Shown here one piece after another: positions 57,071-64,000 of a stretch of DNA of 64,000 nt. The position numbers were made by a program, and so were the translations under genes. Under the pieces are notes generated by a model. The model searched no databases. It saw nothing but the letters and a program-made list of their open reading frames with translations, and had not been told where the DNA came from. Position 1 is the first letter of the stretch, and each line of letters starts with the position of its first letter. The DNA is from an uncultured Alphaproteobacteria bacterium (GTDB lineage: Bacteria > Pseudomonadota > Alphaproteobacteria > Sphingomonadales > Sphingomonadaceae), in contig CAWFGF010000002.1 of the NCBI GenBank assembly GCA_963815345.1, positions 484,169-548,168 of the forward strand, in the 5' to 3' direction.

Positions 57071-57669
57071 GGGCGCTCTCCTGTTTCGGGATTCGGCGAG
57101 GAATGATCATCGGAAAAAGGGTGGGGCACCCGATCGGGGGAGGCATGACGATCGGGCACCCCGGGAACCGGAGCCTGAGCGCCGGTTAACGCCGAAGCTG
57201 GCTGCGAGGGGATAAACAGCTGCTCCGGCGAATTGGGGGACGGGGGTGTTGAACTGCTTGGCGCTGCGGCTGTGCCAGGCTTCGGGCTTAAGAGACTATT
57301 GCCGATTGAGCGGAGTACTTGGCGGCCCTTGAGCGGCGCACGCCAGGTATTGGTGGGCGTCTCGGGCAGTACCACGCGAACGACGCGCGCTTCATGCGCG
57401 CGGCCTGCGGCATCGCGGTAAGCTGCGATCACGATTTGCAAGGTGCGAAGCGACGGTTCGAGCGACTTGCGCGCTACGAATGCAGTTGCTTTGGTTGCAG
57501 CGCTAGACCCAGTGGCTTCAGCGTCGATCACTGAAGTTGGCGCGCAAGTGCCTTCGGGCGCGCGGCAGGAAAAGTCGCCCTTGACGTTGCCGCCAAGGCT
57601 GGCGCAGCCGCCCGCCAGCAGGGTGATAGCGGCGCTGGCGGTGAGGCGCATTTTCATGTGAGGGCTCAT
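57067..57669 (-). CDS. traV: T4SS lipoprotein TraV
   Basis: Lipobox LLAGGC, then FSCRAPEGTCAPTS with the conserved Cys pair. Confidence 0.75.
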   Translation of the reverse strand: MSPHMKMRLTASAAITLLAGGCASLGGNVKGDFSCRAPEGTCAPTSVIDAEATGSSAATKATAFVARKSLEPSLRTLQIVIAAYRDAAGRAHEARVVRVVLPETPTNTWRAPLKGRQVLRSIGNSLLSPKPGTAAAPSSSTPPSPNSPEQLFIPSQPASALTGAQAPVPGVPDRHASPDRVPHPFSDDHSSPNPETGERP

Positions 57670-58538
57670 TGGCGCGCGCCCTTCTTTTCACTATCGCTTA
57701 CGAAGCGGCGGATTGTCTGGGCGTCGCGGTAGCCATGCAGCACCGCGCCATCGCTCGCCCGGACCATCACCGGCGTTCCGGCAAAGCCGTTTGCCCGGGC
57801 AAAGGCTTCGTTTGCATCGAGGCCCTTGGCTGCGCATCCCTTGAGCGCCCGCGGCTGCTTTCCGACATAGGCATCGTGCAGCGCACGTTCGGGATTGGGT
57901 GCGCACAGCACCGCCTCGGACAGTTTCCGGCTTGCCTCGCCGAAGATCGAGATCGGGCGCTCTTCGACAAACAGGTCGGTCTTCTGCAATTCAGCGGTCA
58001 GCCGCTTGCAATAGCTGCACTGGAAGTCCGAGAAGACGACCAGCTTTTGCCCCTTTGGATTGCCCCAGCGGATCGCGCCCTCTGCAGGCAGGACGGAGAG
58101 ATCGACCTTATCGGCCGCGGCTTTGCCAGATGCTTCCTGGCGGGACCTAGTGTCATTGGATGCGCGCGCTCCGCCTGCCGCGAACAGGTCAGGGTTGAGC
58201 TCGAGCAGACGCGCAGCGGTTACATCGCGGCGCTCTTCCATGTCGTAGAGTCGCCCGACAAACAGATAGCGCGCAGTTTCGTCGATATAGAACAGCGTGT
58301 CGCCCGACACGACTTCGCACCAAGGCCCAAGCCGGTCGCAACTGAGCGCATCAATCGGTGTTTTGGGTAACCGCAGCTTGAGTGCAGCCGCGACATCGCC
58401 CGCCACTGCCGCCGCGCTTACCGGGATCGCCGTCACGGCCGCTACACCCAGCGTTAGCACAGTCGCAGCGCTGGTCATGGCGAGCGTAATATGGGCGGCA
58501 CGGGCTTTGAGGCCTGGACGGTGATCGCGAAAATTCAT
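57666..58538 (-). CDS. DsbC-family thiol:disulfide interchange protein (T4SS-associated)
   Basis: VVFSDFQCSYCKRL CxxC motif; signal peptide present. Confidence 0.8.
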   Translation of the reverse strand: MNFRDHRPGLKARAAHITLAMTSAATVLTLGVAAVTAIPVSAAAVAGDVAAALKLRLPKTPIDALSCDRLGPWCEVVSGDTLFYIDETARYLFVGRLYDMEERRDVTAARLLELNPDLFAAGGARASNDTRSRQEASGKAAADKVDLSVLPAEGAIRWGNPKGQKLVVFSDFQCSYCKRLTAELQKTDLFVEERPISIFGEASRKLSEAVLCAPNPERALHDAYVGKQPRALKGCAAKGLDANEAFARANGFAGTPVMVRASDGAVLHGYRDAQTIRRFVSDSEKKGARQ

Positions 58539-59836
58539 TATTTGGTACTCCTGACATGGACGCCGTCGAGAAAGACGATTTCGACTTCGATGCCGGTCGG
58601 CATCTCGACAACGGGTTGATATTGTTCGGCGCGTTCGATGAGATATTTGCTGACTGTGTCGGCCGCCTCGCCTGCGCCTTGGCCAAAGCCGCCCGCGAGA
58701 ATGTCGGTCGGTGAGAGCGCTGCACGCTTGCCGTCGCTGCCCACCTGTCCGGTGAAAACACCATTGGCGTTGGCCGAAAAGCCGCGGCCGAACCCGCCGA
58801 CGATTCCGGCGAGCAGCGCCTGGCTGATAAGACTGCCTTCACGGCTGACCACGCGGCCGCGCACGCCTGACTTGCCGGCAAAGGATATGAACCCCTTGAC
58901 CTCGCTCACCGCAAAGCGCCCGCCGGGCTGCGCGCAGGTCATGCGCACCAGCTTGACGTAGACCTTCTCCGAAGAGAGATCGCCGCGCGCAGCGCCATTG
59001 ACGAGGCAGCCGGTGATGTCGGTCGTCAGCAGCTTATTGCCGCGCATGACCGAGCGCGCGGGACCGGTTATCCGCAGCACAACGGGAAGCGGGTCGCTCT
59101 GGCTGGAAACACCGGTCGACGCGTCAACCCCGACGATCACGCGCGCCGGAGCGTAGCTGTTGGGCGGCAGGTATTCTTTGCTTGCTTCAAGCAGCAGCGG
59201 CGGCGCGGAACCGGCCGACTTGGCTTTGGCCTCCGAGCCCTTGTCCGACGCAAAATTAAGCAGGCTGAGTTTGCTGTCTTCGTTTGAGGGAAGGGGGGCG
59301 GATTGGGAAGCCGGACCTGAGGCGGCTGTACCCGGCCCGTAAGCGGGCGGCGGCATTACCGGTGCAGCAGGTTCGCTAGCCGCTCTGTCCAACTCGCCGC
59401 GCAGGTTAGCATTTTCGGCCGATATGGCATCGATTGCGGCCTGGCCGTCGCTGCGCATCTGCGCATTCTCGCTGCGCAAGGCGTCAAGCTCCTGTTCGAT
59501 CTGAGGGCGGGGAAGCTGCGCGTCTTTCAGGGCTTTGAGATCGCGTCCCTGCGCATCGAGACGGTTGCCGTAAGTGGCCACGAATTCGCGCTGCGAAAGG
59601 TTGCGATTGACGAGCCCGGCTGTGTCGATGGTCGCTGCGCCGTTTTCACCCGGCGCAGTCTCGTCGTCTCCGCTGAAGATGAACATGGCTCCGCCGATGA
59701 GAGCAACGGCGCCGATGCCGCCGAGCAAGAGTTTCTGGCGCTGCGCTATCTGGCGATTGAGATTTGTGCGTCCGGTCTGCTTTGCTTCCTGCGGCGATGC
59801 GGCAGCTGTTCCGGTGTCTTTGCTGCGGTCCATCAC
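58538..59836 (-). CDS. traB: F-type T4SS protein TraB (VirB10-like)
   Basis: N-terminal TM helix, a coiled coil and a Pro-rich linker. C-terminal beta-domain YLPPNSYAPARVIVGVDAS...GRVVSREG. Confidence 0.85.
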   Translation of the reverse strand: MMDRSKDTGTAAASPQEAKQTGRTNLNRQIAQRQKLLLGGIGAVALIGGAMFIFSGDDETAPGENGAATIDTAGLVNRNLSQREFVATYGNRLDAQGRDLKALKDAQLPRPQIEQELDALRSENAQMRSDGQAAIDAISAENANLRGELDRAASEPAAPVMPPPAYGPGTAASGPASQSAPLPSNEDSKLSLLNFASDKGSEAKAKSAGSAPPLLLEASKEYLPPNSYAPARVIVGVDASTGVSSQSDPLPVVLRITGPARSVMRGNKLLTTDITGCLVNGAARGDLSSEKVYVKLVRMTCAQPGGRFAVSEVKGFISFAGKSGVRGRVVSREGSLISQALLAGIVGGFGRGFSANANGVFTGQVGSDGKRAALSPTDILAGGFGQGAGEAADTVSKYLIERAEQYQPVVEMPTGIEVEIVFLDGVHVRSTK

Positions 59837-60648
59837 AAGGGCCCTCCGGCGTGGAAGACCAGAAAGGCGCTGGTCGTTTCGCCGACGGGCAGCTCGGAGC
59901 GGCCATAGGCAAAGGCCGCCGCCCCAGCAGGCGCTTCGCGCTCACTGCCGAGTTCGAGCGTCTTCTTGCCAAGATTGCGGATCAGAAAACGCTGCCCGGT
60001 CAGCTCGGCGCCCGCATATTCGGCAACCTGCTGGACTTCGATACTGCCGGTGCGGCGCGGGGCGGAAAGCTCGGCGCGCGCTGTGAACCCCGGCAGCGTG
60101 GCATCGTTTGCCATCGCTTCGATCAGGCGGATCGCGCTGTCCTCGGGCCCGGCCTCGGCTTCCCACTCCTGCGCTTCGCTTGCGACCAGCGCCGGATTGG
60201 TGATGAACAGCTGCGTGGCTTCGCTGCCGCCCAGACGGCAGGTGAATTTATAGACATAGCCGGCTTTGCTGGTGGCGAAGAAGTTGATCCGGTCGGCCGC
60301 ATAAGCGGGCGGAACAGAGATATAGATATCTCCGCGCACGGGTTCATGCGTCACCTGGAAGTCATTATAGGGAAAGCCGCTGGCGATCTTCGAGACATTG
60401 GCGAAGCCGTCGCCAACTAATGCGATACGGGTGAGCTCGCCGCGCGCCAGTTCGCAATCAATTGCGCTGTTGTCAGCCGCTTCCACGAACTGATCGGCCA
60501 GCGCCGGGGCAGGCGTTAGCGCGAGTGCAAGCGCGGCCAAGCCGGTGAGTTTGAAACCGGTGTCGGAGCGGCGCACGGTGCCGAGGCTAAAACAGGCAAG
60601 CCCGGTTCCGGCGAGCGCTGCAAATAATAGAGAGGAAAACAGGCTCAT
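59833..60648 (-). CDS. traK: F-type T4SS protein TraK (VirB9-like)
   Basis: Secreted 271-aa protein in the traE-traK-traB position, translationally coupled to traB. Confidence 0.75.
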   Translation of the reverse strand: MSLFSSLLFAALAGTGLACFSLGTVRRSDTGFKLTGLAALALALTPAPALADQFVEAADNSAIDCELARGELTRIALVGDGFANVSKIASGFPYNDFQVTHEPVRGDIYISVPPAYAADRINFFATSKAGYVYKFTCRLGGSEATQLFITNPALVASEAQEWEAEAGPEDSAIRLIEAMANDATLPGFTARAELSAPRRTGSIEVQQVAEYAGAELTGQRFLIRNLGKKTLELGSEREAPAGAAAFAYGRSELPVGETTSAFLVFHAGGPL

Positions 60649-60654
60649 GGCGGT

Positions 60655-61215
60655 CTATTCCTTGGTTTCGGTAAGAAGTTGCTCGAAGCCGGTCAGAGCG
60701 AGGCGCAGCCCGCGCTGCGACCAGCGGAAGGTGAAGGTGCGCTCGTTGCTCGCGATCACCTGCGCGCCGACAAAGGTCTTGAGCGTCCCAGTTGCGCTCG
60801 AGGTCAGGGTTTTGGGATCGACCCGCATCGATTTGATCACAAAGGCCTGTGACACGTCCGATCCGCGCTGCTCGTCGACTATCCTGACGAGCTCAGCTTT
60901 AAGACTGCCATGCGCTGCTGGATCGGCGAGTTCCAGGATCTGTACCATCCAGTAGTCGAGGCTCTCGGGCGAGCGGTTGAGCAGCATCAGCGCAGTATCG
61001 CGGGTTACCAGTTCGAGATAATGCTTATCGACCCCGCCACTCGAAACCGTCAGCGTTTCCGAGGTGATCGGCACCAGCACCACTTCGCGGTCGCCTGTAA
61101 AAGCAGCGCCTATTGCCGCGATGCTGGTCAGGCCCAGCACACCTGCAAGCACGGCGAAGCGGTTCCTTTGCGCCAGATGCTTCTGCGCATGGATATGGGC
61201 AAATTCTGATTGCAT
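60655..61215 (-). CDS. traE: F-type T4SS protein TraE
   Basis: 186 aa with the N-terminal TM helix NRFAVLAGVLGLTSIAAIGAAF. Size and position match F TraE. Confidence 0.8.
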   Translation of the reverse strand: MQSEFAHIHAQKHLAQRNRFAVLAGVLGLTSIAAIGAAFTGDREVVLVPITSETLTVSSGGVDKHYLELVTRDTALMLLNRSPESLDYWMVQILELADPAAHGSLKAELVRIVDEQRGSDVSQAFVIKSMRVDPKTLTSSATGTLKTFVGAQVIASNERTFTFRWSQRGLRLALTGFEQLLTETKE

Positions 61216-61227
61216 GGGATACCTCCT

Positions 61228-61515
61228 TCAGCCTGCCAGCAAACGGCAATGGGAGGGCGGCGTGGCTTTCAATCCGAGGAAACGTCCCGGAAGGTACCAA
61301 TAAGCAGCATGCACCAGTTTCGACCCGACATTGCCTGACTTTGCCTTCCGCAAGGCGAACCAGGTTATGACCGATAGGCCTGTGCCGATGATGATGTGCT
61401 GCGCTAATATGCCCCAGGCGAAGGGGATCAGAAGTCCCGCAAACTCGTCGATGGTCCAGAAGCCGATAAGCTCCGGGTCGTCGAGCCGCTGTGGAACAAG
61501 GTACCTGTCAGCCAT
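61228..61515 (-). CDS. traL: F-type T4SS protein TraL
   Basis: YLVPQRLDDPELIGFWTIDEFAGLLIPFAWGIL is typical of TraL. Confidence 0.85.
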   Translation of the reverse strand: MADRYLVPQRLDDPELIGFWTIDEFAGLLIPFAWGILAQHIIIGTGLSVITWFALRKAKSGNVGSKLVHAAYWYLPGRFLGLKATPPSHCRLLAG

Positions 61516-61544
61516 GATGCCGCCCTCCCGTCGCTAACCCGCGC

Positions 61545-61859
61545 TCAAATGACCGCGGTTACGACAGAGGTGACGATCGGCACGCCTGTGCCAACGCCAA
61601 TCCCGACACCGACGGGCACTGCGACTTGGCCGAGCGCAAACCGCCCTGAAGCGAGAGCAATCAGGCCGCCAGCAAGCGACATCACCGTGATGATTTTGCC
61701 GCCCGATCCTTCGAGAAAGTCGGTGAATTTTTGCAATGCCGGATCGAAGGTGGTGTCGGCGCCGGCATAGGCGGCGGCTGCACAAGCGAGCACCACACAG
61801 GCGGGCAAGATATAGTCCTTGAGCTGCGGCCCGGCAGATGCGGCAGATTTGGTCGTCAT
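61545..61859 (-). CDS. Pilin precursor (TraA/TrbC/VirB2 superfamily)
   Basis: 104 aa from ATG (comp. 61859): leader ending AAAAYA, then two hydrophobic helices (IITVMSLAGGLIALA and VGVGIGVGTGVPIVTSVVTAVI). First gene of the T4SS operon. Confidence 0.6.
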   Translation of the reverse strand: MTTKSAASAGPQLKDYILPACVVLACAAAAYAGADTTFDPALQKFTDFLEGSGGKIITVMSLAGGLIALASGRFALGQVAVPVGVGIGVGTGVPIVTSVVTAVI

Positions 61860-62230
61860 AATGTCACTCCAAAGAAAATTGAACAGGCAGCTTGGCATGA
61901 TGCGTTCGCTGTATGTTCTTTCCTTCACTTGAAGCCTGGGTGTAGGAAATGGGGAAAGGGATTTTGCAGCTCGCCACCAAACGAAAAGCGACAATTTTAG
62001 GAACTGGTATCGCGATCTGCGCATCGCGGTACGCCAAATGCGTTGCGCATGCCGGAGATTGCGTTGTCGCGGCCGCAATGTGCGTCATAGTTGCCGGATT
62101 CTGCGCGAATCATCCAGATATAGCGAGAGGCGCCTTCCTACATGTTCCTTTAATGTTCTTTTGGCTTTCCTACAGTTTTCCTTCTGAGTTAGCCCTAGAG
62201 CCCATCACAAAGACTGAACAGGAGCGACAT

Positions 62231-62722
62231 ATGACCGATAGGACCATAATCGGCGAACAACAGGTCCGCGCTGACCTTGCTGCCGTGCTTCTCGCTGCGG
62301 TTAAAGCGAGCGGGCGAACGCGTTGCGCCATTGCGCATAATGCAAACATTCACAAAGATGCACTGCGCCGTACGCTTTCCGGCACGCGCTCGGCGAGTCT
62401 CGGCGAAGCGCTTCGCATTCTTGCTGCCGCTGGCATGCCTCCGCATGCGCACCTACTCCTATTCTTGAGCAGCAGCGGCGATCATGCGATTGCCTGGCTG
62501 CAATCCGATCTGGCTTCATTTTTCGATGAGTTCATTTGCGAGCTGCCGATGGCGCTTGAGCGGATACTCGGCAATCAGTTGCATGACGTAAAGCCTCGTT
62601 GGGCCAAAGGCACAGCGCAACGGGTTGCCCGGCTCCTCTCTGACCATATCGACGAGCTTGAACGCAAGGACGCGTTGCTAGGTGATATTTTCGCTGGAGC
62701 CCAAGGAGGAAATTATGGGTGA
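62231..62722 (+). CDS. HTH-type putative regulator, divergent from the T4SS operon
   Basis: AGGAGCG lies before ATG 62231. HTH-like GRTRCAIAHNANIHKDALRRTLSGTRSASLGEALRILAAAG. Its stop overlaps the alpA-like start. Confidence 0.4.
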   Translation: MTDRTIIGEQQVRADLAAVLLAAVKASGRTRCAIAHNANIHKDALRRTLSGTRSASLGEALRILAAAGMPPHAHLLLFLSSSGDHAIAWLQSDLASFFDEFICELPMALERILGNQLHDVKPRWAKGTAQRVARLLSDHIDELERKDALLGDIFAGAQGGNYG

Positions 62723-62924
62723 AGAGTACGCTAGCTCCCGGTCCAGGCAGCCGACCCGGCTGATCCGGATGAAAGAGGTTCAGCACCGCGTAGGCCTGGG
62801 GCGATCAACAATCTATCGCTGGATGGCTGAGGGTAATTTCCCCAAGCCAGTGTCGATTGGTCGTCATTGTGTTGCATGGCCAGAGGCGCAAATCGATGAT
62901 TGGATCATAAGCCACCTTAACTGA
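62715..62924 (+). CDS. alpA: AlpA-family (phage CP4-57-type) transcriptional regulator / excisionase-like protein
   Basis: RLIRMKEVQHRVGLGRSTIYRWMAEGNFPKPVSIGRHCVAWPEAQIDDWI. AGGAGGA lies before ATG 62715. Confidence 0.8.
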   Translation: MGEEYASSRSRQPTRLIRMKEVQHRVGLGRSTIYRWMAEGNFPKPVSIGRHCVAWPEAQIDDWIISHLN

Positions 62925-63352
62925 ACAGGAAGCCACTTGGACTCTATACGGCTTTGTTCGAGCCAAGCTCATTCGATGGTTCGAGTTAGGAAACTGGGCG
63001 CTAGAACGGCCATCTTTTCTTGAATTTAGAACGCGACTACCTCGATACGCGTAACCTGACGATCTCTATAACACCTGGTGTAAAATGCGCTCTTGCGGAG
63101 CGCTTAGGCGAGCCAGTTGTCGATGCAGTAAGAAAAAAGAGCAATGCCGTTCGTCGGATTGCGAAAACCACGAAGATTTGGTCAAACGCCAACGGTCGAC
63201 GCACCACCAGCCGTTATCTCCATACCCAAATCGAACCGCAGTCGGCACGTGACCTTACTTGCGTCGACAAAGAGCGTTTATGTAGCACAAGCTGCTTCTG
63301 CGTCCGCGGTTAACTCAGCAGCGGAATGGTAGCTATCAGCTGTCGAAAGTCA

Positions 63353-63905
63353 GAAGCGGACTGTCAGCTCCTGGCTCAATTTTGGTCGCTTATATCATAT
63401 CAAAGCAACCGCAGTGGCTGCTTTTAAGATGTCGGCCGCCTTGCGGTTTCGTCCGCAATTGGGTAGGAAGCGGACACTAAGATCTCACTTCTTTTGGAAC
63501 GAGAAATAGACGAGAGATTGCGAGAACACCTATGCAAAGCCCAACGAAAAGGAGTGCTAATTCCGCCGTGGTCTCCGTTCGTCCTTTCATTACGTAGTAG
63601 ACGACCAAAGCCCCCAAAGGTATCCAGTAGTTGCGCGCGATCAGTAGTTTAGCATCGCAATTTTTATAGACAAAAGGCTTACCCAGCCCCCATTGAGTGT
63701 TTTTGAATGGGAGTGTCGTTCCGCATCTGGGGCAAGGTGGTGAGAGTAAGCTCATAGGGTGCGAAATACCAAAAATTTCAATATCCACAAGTGGGTCGTT
63801 AACTGATTGGCCGCTCTCATCTTAAAAAAAATAATTATCTGCAGGTTCACTCATGGCAAAATACAAGGCGCTACCGAATGACCGATTTTAGGGTGGGAAG
63901 CGGAC
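63353..63905. repeat. Dispersed short repeats sharing the core GAAGCGGAC
   Basis: GAAGCGGAC at 63353-61, 63467-75 (preceded by the inverted GTCCGC at 63451-56) and 63897-905 (GGGTGGGAAGCGGACGTT). A related aaaagcggtcagtccgc lies at about 41846-62. Confidence 0.3.
63477..63788 (-). CDS. Hypothetical zinc-ribbon + 2-TM protein
   Basis: CPRCG...C motif, then helices YWIPLGALVVYYVM and LALLFVGLCIGVLAI. AT-rich. The start is uncertain. Confidence 0.35.
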   Translation of the reverse strand: MDIEIFGISHPMSLLSPPCPRCGTTLPFKNTQWGLGKPFVYKNCDAKLLIARNYWIPLGALVVYYVMKGRTETTAELALLFVGLCIGVLAISRLFLVPKEVRS

Positions 63906-64000
63906 GTTCGGTTAGGGCCGAATTCATACGCAACCAGACCATACTGATTGGCTCATTACCAGTTCAACTAATTAGGCTAAGATACTACCGTGGCTTTGAT

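Larger units (their letters stand above)
12567..62924. mobile_element. Integrative conjugative element (tRNA-Met-associated; P4-type integrase, MobF relaxase, F-type T4SS). The right end is not resolved and may lie beyond 62,924.
   Basis: The integrase lies immediately 3' of the tRNA. The element also carries a full set of conjugation genes, leading-region-type genes (ardC, ssb, parB-like, MTase-helicase) and AlpA at the far side. No housekeeping genes occur inside. Confidence 0.8.

Noticed and set aside
63020-63313. 97-aa + strand ORF starting at TTG in the AT-richer terminal region.
   Set aside because: Non-ATG start, no RBS, no recognisable motif, and an overlapping antisense ORF of similar quality. 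Evidence is insufficient to call a gene.
63306-63330. 11-nt match (gcagcggaat) to the tRNA-Met anticodon arm, considered as a possible attR core. A 9-nt match ggttcgagt to the T-arm at about 62986-62994 was considered for the same role.
   Set aside because: The matches are short, and the remaining tRNA 3' sequence does not follow, as a true attR would require. This is compatible with chance.
1-64000. Search by eye for CRISPR arrays, IS/transposase genes, rRNA genes, group II intron/retron reverse transcriptases and toxin-antitoxin pairs.
   Set aside because: No regularly spaced direct repeats beyond the GGGGGTA triplet were seen. No DDE/HUH transposase or RT motifs were seen in any listed ORF, and no rRNA-like sequence was found. 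Small TA pairs cannot be excluded without HMM searches.

Overview
High-GC chromosomal window; the protein sequences look alphaproteobacterial, possibly sphingomonad-like, but that is an impression only. Positions 1-12.4 kb hold ordinary housekeeping genes: an LplT-like MFS fragment, pgsA, an OmpA-family protein, oxyR, rnd, aspS, acpP, fabF, mltG, a DJ-1/PfpI protein and a 2H phosphoesterase. At 12,490 a tRNA-Met(CAT) gene is followed directly by a P4-type tyrosine integrase and about 50 kb of integrative conjugative element (ICE). The ICE has four recognisable parts. (1) A leading-region-like block, all on the + strand: lytic transglycosylase (the one - strand exception), Zn-finger/Toprim primase-like protein, N6-MTase-helicase giant, ParB-like protein, ArdC, a DUF2493/SLOG protein, SSB and small acidic ORFs. 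(2) A DNA-processing module: RHH protein, F-type coupling protein TraD and MobF relaxase-helicase. (3) An AT-richer cargo patch: acyltransferase-3, O-antigen-ligase-like protein, an ATPase gene remnant, a CI/Cro-like switch and a thermonuclease. (4) A complete F-type T4SS operon on the - strand (pilin, traL-E-K-B, dsbC, traV-C, trbI, S26 peptidase, traW-U, trbC, traN-F-H-G), followed by an HTH regulator and AlpA. The most interesting cargo is an AT-richer, translationally coupled three-gene operon at 22,639-26,011: a PD-(D/E)xK/Mrr-like effector, a small middle protein and an SMC/Rad50-like ABC ATPase with a CPLCG hook. This architecture matches the ABC-3C/Lamassu (DdmABC-like) family, and the operon sits between the ParB-like gene and ardC. 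Other notable points: the coupling-protein gene needs at least 3 frame changes and the adjacent RHH gene at least 1, so the Dtr module may be decayed. Long GC-rich hairpins lie upstream of leading-region genes and are candidate ssDNA promoters. The tRNA at attL has a G1-U72 pair. No attR repeat was found inside the window, so the right ICE boundary is unresolved. All family calls come from reading motifs by eye; no searches were run.
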